A stretch of 59,218 nucleotides of DNA, counting the filler, from Basidiobolus ranarum (Eukaryota), in the NCBI GenBank assembly GCA_040143965.1. It is 10 parts of 10 records of this genome, joined end to end, with 100 filler letters (N's around TTAATTAATTAA, not from the genome) between each part and the next. Parts side by side here need not be neighbours in the genome. Positions count along the whole stretch, not along the records: positions 47,491 to 53,306 come from JASJQH010001493.1; positions 53,407 to 59,218 come from JASJQH010001494.1; 8 more parts are not named here. One strand, given 5' to 3'. The position numbers were made by a program, and so were the translations under genes. The notes beneath the pieces were generated by a model. The model ran no database searches, was not told the origin of the DNA, and saw nothing but the letters and a program-made list of their open reading frames with translations. Shown here piece by piece: positions 49,863 to 59,218 of the stretch. How positions within the stretch are numbered: position 1 is the stretch's first letter; each line of letters begins with the position of its first letter.

Positions 49863-50902
49863 TCCGAAAATAAAAACTCTATCTAATAACGTCCAGGACT
49901 CCGGTTAGTGGGGATTTATTATTGCTGGTATGTATGCTGGAAGACTTGGGTACAAACTTGGAAAAAGGCAAGGACTTGTGTTTATTTTTTTTTCCCAACA
50001 GTCAACTTGTCAAAAAAAAACCTGGTTGGCCTAATTAAAGCAAACCCATTTCCTTTTGCGGCGCAATTTTTGGTTACCCTTTTTTCTTGTTTGAATGGTA
50101 GATTTCTAATGATCTAGTATTAAGATATTAACACTTCGCCATATGCTACTGATATTAATTGTTATTCAATATTATATAGGCTTTTGTATGTGGTACAGTT
50201 CAAACCATACCTTACCAAATATCCGTGAATCATGCAGCAGGCTTGACAAGAGACTGAACATAATAAAGAGGGGGCTTTTGTGTGGTGCATCTATGTCAGC
50301 ATGTTGTGCTTGAGGGAGATGGGCCATTTCATTCGTTCGTTTTGATGGGCTTACATGGAATTCACAGAACACACCGTCTACATTTACTGACATCTAACGT
50401 TGGGATGCCCAAGCCCTGTATTAGGTAATTCGAGCATACACTCAGGAATTCTCTCGAGTATCAGTTTTTTGCGCTAATTGTTGGTGATATATGACCAATT
50501 CGATACAGGCTGGAGTAGGGTTTCAAATCTACTCAGGTCTCAACATTTGTTAGGGATAGCCTCTTGATTTTGAAATGATCTCGTAGAATGAACAATCATT
50601 GGTCTGTGGCTTGAATCATTCAGGAATTGCCAAGGGTCCTAGATTTTCCTAACACGTATAGCTGCGGAGGAGATGGGATGCTGATGTACGCAGTCTCAAG
50701 AGATTTGATAGACTTTTCAGTTGGGTGGAATTCACTTGAATTTAGTATAAAAAGTGAGGTGAATTTCTCGAGAACTCCATCAAGAAAAGGGGGGTACAGT
50801 TTCTTTAATCAAGTCTAAACACTTTCTATCGAATCGTAATAGTGTTTCTTTCACGCTTTGTTCACTTCAATATTCCCCTTCCCTCATTTTATCTCTTCCT
50901 AA

Positions 50903-52039
50903 ATGGCCTCTTTATTATTTGACGATATTGACTTTCCTACAGAATTATATGTCCGTGAAACTGCTGAATTCTCTACCCCTATACGGACTTTGCTACAATT
51001 CGCCCCACATATCTTGGAAAACTTACCAAAACCTGAAGATGAACAAATACCTATCCACCCTAAGGAAACAGACGCCCACTTAAAATCCCCTAAAGAAGAA
51101 AACGGTTCAACTGATAAGTCCTGGTGGTCAAACTTGTTGAATACAAACACCAGTCAAAGTTTAGCAAAACAATCGTTCGCTTTTTGTCTGGACATGGCAA
51201 GGTTATATATGGAACAAAACCAATGGCGTGAACGTACTGAAGCTAACCAAAATACCTTCCAAGAGAACTCTAAAAACTCTGAACGTAAAGCCCATCAAAA
51301 GAAAGATAACCCTCCAAAAGAAGAAGATACGGTAGATAAAAATTCTGTTAATAACGCTGATTACTCGAAAGTTGCCACCGCTGCTGCTGGAGTTTCCGCA
51401 CTTACCTTATCACTTTATTCTACTTATAAGTTATCTTCTACCATTGGTCAAATTACTTTTCATAATCAGCTTAGTTTACTCTTGGAACACGTGGAATCCA
51501 TCTTGGAGACTACTCGCTTTTGGATGCAAGAACAGGTGGATCCAGTTCCACCACTTGTGAAAAAGGATGTAGAGAGACTTGAGAAGCTGGTAGACTTATT
51601 TCACAGACTCGATAGCCGATCAGAGAGAAAAATGGAAGCAACTGCTTGGGCAGCTGGAGCCTTAGGAAGTCTGGGTCTACTAGGTGGTGTCGCAGTCGGA
51701 AGTGTTGTTACTCTTGGAGGAGGAGCTGTTGTAGCTTTGGGTGGTTTGTTTTATGGTGTTTACTCTAAAGGCCGATTCTCGAGTAAACAATACGCTGATA
51801 TACGTGGGATGTTAGAAGGGGAAGTACAAGAGATTGTGAGACAAATCGACGAAAAGAACCATACTAGAAGGCTCATCGATCAATTTCGACAAGTTCGACC
51901 CAAAGTCTATAACATGGCTGATTTCCCCAAGGTCCCAAACCATGTCCCGCATTCCACTAAACCTATTCCCTCCCCAGTGGAGGAGCAGAAAAATAACGAT
52001 AAGCAACGAACCAAAATTCCCCAAGCCTCATGGTTCTAG
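50903..52039 (+). CDS. Hypothetical membrane-associated protein, 378 aa, intronless
   Basis: Long uninterrupted ORF with TATAAAA upstream (~50746). Hydrophobic segments VATAAAGVSALTLSLYSTY and a Gly-rich hairpin AAGALGSLGLLGGVAVGSVVTLGGGAVVALGGLFYG. Confidence 0.75.
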   Translation: MASLLFDDIDFPTELYVRETAEFSTPIRTLLQFAPHILENLPKPEDEQIPIHPKETDAHLKSPKEENGSTDKSWWSNLLNTNTSQSLAKQSFAFCLDMARLYMEQNQWRERTEANQNTFQENSKNSERKAHQKKDNPPKEEDTVDKNSVNNADYSKVATAAAGVSALTLSLYSTYKLSSTIGQITFHNQLSLLLEHVESILETTRFWMQEQVDPVPPLVKKDVERLEKLVDLFHRLDSRSERKMEATAWAAGALGSLGLLGGVAVGSVVTLGGGAVVALGGLFYGVYSKGRFSSKQYADIRGMLEGEVQEIVRQIDEKNHTRRLIDQFRQVRPKVYNMADFPKVPNHVPHSTKPIPSPVEEQKNNDKQRTKIPQASWF

Positions 52040-52349
52040 CCTTATTCACACAGCCATATTATGTAAATTTAATTTAGGACAATAAATATTATGAAATATA
52101 CGTAGTTATACATATATTATTGATTTTATTCAACGAAGCAAACGATCATGGCTATCGTTTTGGAACGAGACATCTTTGCTCATGGTATATAAGATGCTAA
52201 TTATAATGATTATTCCTGAACCACCAACAACTATATTAAACTTCCATTTCGTCATTATGATGCTCGATGATCTCGTCAGGTTTAAGAAAGGAGGATTAAA
52301 TTGCAATAAGAATCTATGCGTTGATTTTCTATTAGGCTTAAAAGCATTG

Positions 52350-53135
52350 ATCTACACTATAAGCTTTAGGAAGGATAGTGTATTGGAATTCGTGTCTTTG
52401 CTCATAATCATACATATCTAAGGCCACGGCACACAAATTCGCAACAACTTACATATAATCATTACGGTATTTCCGAAGAACAGGGAGACAATCAGGGGTA
52501 GCAATGAAGCCCAAAGTCTCTGCAGCCTCATGACGTACCATGGGTGCTTCGTTGGAATCATCCAAAGCTTTAATCAAGGCAGGTGCACTATTGGGGTTTT
52601 GCATTTGTCTTAAAACAAAGGCAACCTCATATTTAAAGAGTGCACTCTTGTCTTTGAAGTCTTCACAGAGGATAGCCACCGCCTCATTGGTACCAACTTT
52701 GTGAGGACCAAACGTGGCATGATAATGCTTGAAAGAGGGAGCCCCTTGTTAAGGTAAGCCTAACAAAGATTCTCCAGGGATGCATTTGTCACCTGGTGCA
52801 GGATCATTGGAAGTGTAGACAATATGTTTGAGAGTGTTTTCCTTTAGTTTCTCATTATTGTGAAAGTTGATGTTTTCAATAGTTTGCTCACAAGTCTCAG
52901 TCACTGAAATGTAAGGGTCATTGTGATATTTCTCCAAAATATCCAAAGCAGACATGTGAGAAAGAGCACCCAAAGCTTCAGCAGCTTCATATCTAACCAT
53001 AGGATCTTTGTCAAGACTATCTAGGACCTTGATCAATCCAGGGATAGCATGGATGTCACTCATTTGTCTGAGAACATAGGCCAGTTCATGTCTTAGAAGT
53101 ACAATGGATCAACAAAGGCTATAATGGATGGTCAG
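52350..53135 (-). pseudogene. DOHH: Deoxyhypusine hydroxylase (DOHH/Lia1) pseudogene, intronless, 5' truncated
   Basis: HEAT-like repeats LLRHELAYVLRQM, PMVRYEAAEALGAL, SALFKYEVAFVLRQM, PMVRHEAAETLG, CAVALDMYDYEQ..FQY. Two Fe-binding HE motifs are mutated to YE; stops and a frameshift are present. Confidence 0.9.
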
Positions 53136-53177
53136 CTGGTTGCTAGATTGGCAGTCACAACTAACCCATGACTGGCT

Positions 53178-53306
53178 GGGAAATATGTCTAAGACTGGGA
53201 TCACAACAACTTATGCTAGTCAGAGATGCTGACTCTGCCAAGAATGCATGGGAAATCCTAGTGGAACATCATGAGCAAAAAGGGCTTGCTCACTTGATGA
53301 TGCTAC
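53178..53306 (+). mobile_element. Copia gag fragment, same family as 40443-41010
   Basis: GGGAAATATGTCTAAGA...GTCAGAGATGCTGACTCTGCCAAGAATG...CACTTGATGATGCTAC closely matches 40681-40809. Confidence 0.88.
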
Positions 53307-53406
53307 NNNNNNNNNNNNNNNNNNNNNNNNNNNNNNNNNNNNNNNNNNNNTTAATTAATTAANNNNNNNNNNNNNNNNNNNNNNNNNNNNNNNNNNNNNN
53401 NNNNNN

Positions 53407-56400
53407 TCAGAAGATGCTGCCATATCTACAACGGTCAAATCTTCATCATCCGTGCTAGATTGGGAAGAGGGATTTGCACCTTTTACCAAAGCCATGTCTA
53501 CCTCAGGTGCACAAGCAATGTTCGATGAGTCAAGGGTATAATTGATTCCTGGAAAGTTCAATCTATGATTCATTTTTGAATTACCCTAAGGTTAAACAAA
53601 TTAGTTAGGATTAATTGGATATAAACCAATGAAGTATATACTACCTCAATGTTACGAATTCTGGAACCACTATCCTCTCTGCACTCTGATACTTTCCGAC
53701 GAGGAATACTTCCGATTCTTCGAGGATCTATAACTGTATTTAGATCTTTTACTCTTGAGATATCTTGACTTTGCTTGACATTTTCCATCGATCTAACTTT
53801 GACTAATCCCTTTGAAGAAGACGGGCGTATACCATTTCTCAAATCATTTCCAGACTTTTCGGATAAGCAATCATCGTCTGGAGAGGACAAAAGTCTTCGG
53901 TTTCGTAGTATCTGTTTTGTAACTGTTGGGCTTAGTGACCATATGAAAATACATCCATCGCCGGCTGCGGATATTACTCTAGTACAGTCTTGGGAGAATT
54001 TGATTGAAGTAACTTGTTCTGAATGGCCATAGAGCTTTGCGATCAGATTCCCGTTAAGAACATCGAAAATACGAATGCTTTTGTCCGAGCAACAAGTGGC
54101 AACAAAGGAGCCAGAAGGGTCTAAAGAAATTTTTAGAATATTGGTATCCGGGCTACTTTCATCCAGGGACTCGGGTCGATGAGATTTTTCTACTTTTCCA
54201 GATTCAATGCCAAATAGATGAAACCGTTTATCTTGAGTCACGGAGGCTATGACGGGTTTTGTAGAGTCTAGATCCATATCATATACAGAAGCTTTTGCGC
54301 AATGATTTTGATAGCTCACAAAAAAAGGAACCTCTAGTTGCTGTCGAAAGTTTATCAATTAGTGACATTGAAACGTTCTCTTCGTTCAATTTTATAAACT
54401 ACCTGCATAGCTTTTCGGAAGATGATACTTTTATCAGCACTGCAGCTTATAAGTATCCCACCACCACCTGAGAATCTTAGCGAAGTAATTGCTGCAGAGT
54501 GTTCATCTAGCGTTTGGATAGGCGTGAAAGAGTTATTTGCATCAAATATATGAATTAATCTGTCACGGCCAGCAGTGGCAACCATAAAAGGCAATCCTGA
54601 TATTCATTTGCTTATTAGGTCATGGAATATTTGACTCTAAAACTGTTGCAAAAACAATACCCGTTGTAGAAGGATCGGAGAAGTCAATTGTCAATATATC
54701 GCCATTGTGTGCTTCTTGATAAACAACCTGCTCCATAGAAAGTAAATCATAAATCCTAAAAATAAAATATTGAATGGGTTATGAAAATATATTAAGAGTT
54801 GAGGTTACTTAAAACACATATAACTAACCTTAAATTTCCTTCTTTGTCACCTGAAGCAAGATACCGACCATCAGGACTTATTCTAATCGAACGAATTGCT
54901 CTACTACTATGGATTTTTGGCACAGTACTCGTAACCTCGCCCCAATCTAGATCAGAACGAAATCAGTGGTTTTGCTGAAGCAGGAGCGAAAGAATACATT
55001 TTACCTTCAGAGTTTTCAGATATCATAGGTTGATATTGATTAATGACTAGCATAGATAAAAGCTCACGACTATATATATTTCCTCGGTATGAGGTGATCG
55101 AGCCAGGACTAGTTGGAGATACAACGGGAGATGTTACTGAAGAAGGGGCATAAAGGTGCTCCAAATTCCAAAATCTAATGGTTCCATCTGAAGAGCATGT
55201 TGCAAAACTATCAGACGGGATATAAGCACCAAGAGAATCAGGAGTATTGATTGTCTCAGGGTAAGTCTATATAATGTAGTGTCATTATTTTTCTTGCAAA
55301 AACCTAGATTCCCCCATTGCTTACCTCGACATTCCATACACAATCACTATGATATAAAAAGCTTCGGTATTTGCCAACGCGTTCCAGATTTTTTATATCC
55401 CAAATGAACATGCTACGATCGCTGTATATGCACGCTATCTTTTCGCTATTATATGTCAATCGAACTGCGATTGTATTGGGATAAACACCTTCAGCATTTG
55501 GTTGATAACTATGATTAGACATTAGTCTTGTGTTTCGTTGTATCTTCTACACATTAAATACGCTTACCCAGGAGAGGTTACATCAACATCGAGTTGGTGT
55601 GGTCTTGGAAGTGTTCCCAAATATTTCAATGTAATAGGTTCAAATAACCTAGTATTTGAAGGACGAATTGATAAGATTTCTCATTTTCTAACCAAAAAGA
55701 GGAATTGAACCATACCGTATGATTCCATTTTCACATCCACATACAATATATTTATCATCAGCACAAATTGAAAATGCTTTTTTAACCTAAACAAAGTTGT
55801 GAGATAATATCTTATATGTTGAGTCAAGTGTCAAATTACCTGCAAGTTTATCCATTTTTGGATTACTCTCCCCTCACTGAACTGACAAAGAAGTCCGCTA
55901 GCCGTGATACAGTACATTATATCCCCTCCACTATCATCTTTACCGCAAGCAATATCGACAAATGTGTTATTACTCAGACTAGAAAGGATCCCAGAACGGC
56001 CAATCATAACCTTTGTAGTCTTATAAGAAAGTCACACTTTCATTATTATCTTGGACATTCAAATAAAGGAACCAGAATCCAACTATATTTACCGAGGTAT
56101 TACTATTTTCATGTCCATCAAAGTACCAATATTTGATATGTCGAAGACCAGCCGTTATGCAATATGAACCCCCATTTGCAAAAGTCAAAGCAGATACCTA
56201 GTAAAGGAGATGTTAACGGTTTATCTAGAGTACGTGGCCTGCTATTGCGAATTTCACCTTTGAAGAAATTTTGTTCGAAGCAAGCTTCATGCCTGTTCTC
56301 CAGTCCCATGCATAAAGAAATCCATCATGCTGTAGAATTGATGATCGTTTAAAAAACTACCACAGTCAAGCTGTGACAAAATCTTAAACATATTCACTTA

Positions 56401-57118
56401 CCTGGAATCCTATCGACACTAAACACTTCATATCAGGAGAAAACGATACAGTAGAGACACCAAATTTGTGACCTAATAATTCACTCACAATGGTCAAGAG
56501 CCTCCAGTCCCAGATTAAAACACGAGGTTGGTATCCACTCTAATGATTAATGATTTAGTGAAAAAAGATACGATATTGTAGCAGTAGAGCTTTCAGAGTT
56601 ACCTCACCAACAGCTAAAAGATTTCCATCTGGTGAGAATGTCAAACAAGAAATAGCTTTAGGTGCATAATTGAGGGGTATCTTGGATTGAGAAGCGCTAC
56701 TATTAAGGGTGGGAGTAATAGAAACGCCGAAACCTAATTTACTATTTTCAGTTGAAGTATTTAGTTGGTGAACTGCAGCGCCGATAGCCTGTAAAAATCC
56801 GATTTGCTTGTTCTTCCTGTAGTTGTATAATACTACAACACAGCCAGCAGCATACGCTATAATATCTTGAGAAGGGTGTACAGCAAAAGCAGAGTTTTGA
56901 GCGGTGGTCAAACCAAGGATGTGTTTGAGTGTAGCCTTTAAAAAGATCAGTTAAAAACCACAAAAGGATTTGGTAAAAGTAAAACTGCGAACATTTGGTG
57001 CTTTGTTTGTATCCTTCACTCTTCTTCTAAGTGAGGTAATGGGAGGTTTTCCACTAAGTGGGTATTGTGTATTTTTACCAGAAGAGCGTTTTTGGTAGGA
57101 TTGTAGGAATTCAAGCAT
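53407..57118 (-). CDS. WDR62/MAPKBP1-like WD40-repeat protein (many introns, 3' truncated; start codon tentative)
   Basis: ILGLTTAQNSAFAVHPSQDIIAYAAGCVVVLYN, ISCLTFSPDGNLLAVGE-SGYQPRVLIWD, YRSFLYHSDCVW, ATAGRDRLIHIFD, TLDEHSAAIT, ISCSADKSIIFR, GHSEQVT...GDGCIFIW. Confidence 0.88.
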
Positions 57119-59218
57119 ACTATTCTAGATAGCAACCCTTTATAACAACCCTTCTATAGAACAAAGATATCAGGAAACCTTCTGTTATTGCTCAATCAGT
57201 ATAGAGGATGCTAAGGAAGGCACTCTACCAATGAACAATGTTTGAGTTCTGATATCAAGAGATCTTGATATGAGCTCGCCAAAGAGAAGATTTGATATTT
57301 TTGTATTTCACCTATGCACTATCACAGTAGTTGGATTGAAGAAGGCGTTGACAAGGAATTAAGGAGTAGTTCAGCATCCAAAATAGGAATCTTTTTGATG
57401 GTTAGATGTCCTAGGCTTGGCTTGATTATATGCTTAGTAAATCCGGCCCACAGTGTCTCGCGTGAAGATAATCAATTGTAGCGAGAGGTAAAATAAGACC
57501 ATACAAAAAAGGAAATAGATTGTAAATTTTAAATTCCAAAGTATAACGGTAGCTGGTTGGCTAGATCCTCAATTGTAGTTGGATTGAGTGGATCCCGTGG
57601 ACTTGGTAATCTCTGTAGCTTGCGAAGCTGGAAGAGAAATAATGCTTAAAATATGCTCCTATTGCATTGAAATTGCTGATGAAGAATCATTATTCGAAAG
57701 AGATCACGCTGACAATGGCACTGTCTGCTTCAAGAGAACGATGGAGATGGAGTGATGAACTCACTGACTGGGGCTACTATGAATGTCAATGGAGGGAGGT
57801 CACTTTGGAATATGTAGCGATAGACTTCCCAGGCTCATCGGAATTGGATCAGTGATCCTAGTGTATTACATGGATGTTGCACGCGATACAAACATTCGGT
57901 GTCTTCTTGCGGATGTAACTTGTCTAGGATTTTGTCAGCTCGATTGATAATTACCAAGAGTGTACTTTAAAAGAGTTAGAATGGTAGCTACAGCCAATAG
58001 CAACGTATGGCTATTTTCGCTATCGTGGTTGTCTCTCATCGGGTCTACAAGAAGCTGATGTTCTGTGCATCTTTGGGTCTGTATGACCACGATGTGTGAT
58101 AACTCATCATAAACCTGAATATGATGTAAAATCATCCGAAACATCGAATGTAGGACGAAGCATGTGAAGATTCCCACCAAAGCCTTGATGCAAGAAACAC
58201 GATGTATATTTTTATTAACGGGCGTTGGAGGCCTTGTCCAATAACTATTGACTTCTCCAATATAACAGAAGCACCTTTATACTAGGAGTCATGGTTGCCA
58301 TACTAAATTCACCATATTTTCAATGCTCCGTATCTAACAAGCAACAGTACTAACAACTGAATCATCCACGATCACCTATGTCGATGTGTTAGTCAAAGAC
58401 CGAACACAATGGAACATCTCACCCTTCGGGGAATATTAGTCATGGATTACGCCTCAGAAACATCAGAGTTGTCCATGATAATGAATTGTCGGCCTACCTA
58501 TGCTATGCACATTATTACGCTGGATGCTTCGCAAAGAGCTATTCTTCTTCAGCCAGTCCAGATAGCAAGTTGTATCCAAGTTTGATATCTCCATGAGAGC
58601 AAACCATGTGAGAATGCTTTACAAGGGCTACCCCTAGGTTGTTCACCTTAGAGCTGGCAGCGTGGTTAAACTTCAAAAAAAGTTGATGCCCAACAAAATC
58701 GAGTGTATGGCGAGGTATATCATAATCCACCTGCAATTAATCACATAGCTCTTGGGTTTTTGTCCTTTATTGGATGATTTTAAATGAGTCGCACTATATC
58801 AATCCATCGACCAGCAGAGGGGTTTTCAGCAAGCCCGCATATAAATCGTCTGGCCAATTTACTGACATCAATGTGAGTTGGTGTCGAAGCTTAATCTTCC
58901 CAATGCCGCCGGCTTCAGAAGATCGGACCTCTCAGATGAATCCTTGCATGACAAGCACTTAATGGCCTTCCGAACAGGACGCGGTCCTTCACAAAGAATA
59001 CGCAATATAGCTTGCTTTCGTGTTAAACCAAATAGGCTCAAGCTCATTGTGGGTGCGGTTTTCTACGTTGGTGCAAGCCAGTAAGCAAACAGCAGAGGGA
59101 TATTGCTCTCTGATGGAAATACCTGTTGGCTCAACGAGAGTACATGTCATGAGTTTTGAATCAAAATCACCATGACTGTACACATGGGCTCATGATCCAC
59201 AACAGAGCATATCATATC

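Noticed and set aside
57600-59218. Coding-like stretches with broken ORFs (similar at 19200-19700, 21300-22600, 23779-24300, 31000-31400, 34900-35544)
   Set aside because: Probably decayed transposons or pseudogenes, but no motif I can identify; a translated HMM search is needed.

Overview
This is not one locus. It is ten unrelated ~5.8-kb contigs in decreasing size order (1-5850, 5951-11795, 11896-17738, 17839-23678, 23779-29615, 29716-35544, 35645-41471, 41572-47390, 47491-53306, 53407-59218), joined by artificial 100-nt linkers (N44-TTAATTAATTAA-N44). The DNA is from an AT-rich, intron-dense fungus. An early-diverging zygomycete-grade lineage is inferred, and Basidiobolus would fit given the U12 introns and a TE-terminated NRPS, but this is not proven. 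Housekeeping genes: EB1/Bim1, a NIPA Mg2+ transporter, VPS13, SPT16, RVB2, VMA16, an F-box/LRR protein, the ADP/ATP carrier, a Ctk2/cyclin K-type cyclin, MIX17, BRF1 and a WDR62/MAPKBP1-like WD40 protein. RNA genes: U1 snRNA and a tRNA with a CCT anticodon on an elongator-Met-like body. Accessory content: the 3' end of an N-methylating, thioesterase-terminated NRPS, a small secreted 6-Cys peptide, Copia remnants, a DOHH pseudogene and a high-copy AT-rich repeat. The best candidate for an undescribed system is contig 41572-47390: a tandem array of secreted precursors in which acidic spacers ending in a repeated (T/S)PEE(S/T)(Q/E)L motif precede two different cationic cargoes (a hypervariable amphipathic helix-hinge-helix and a Gly/Arg/Phe repeat ending in CxC). 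Each is co-duplicated with a divergent, decayed partner gene. All calls come from manual reading; no searches were run.
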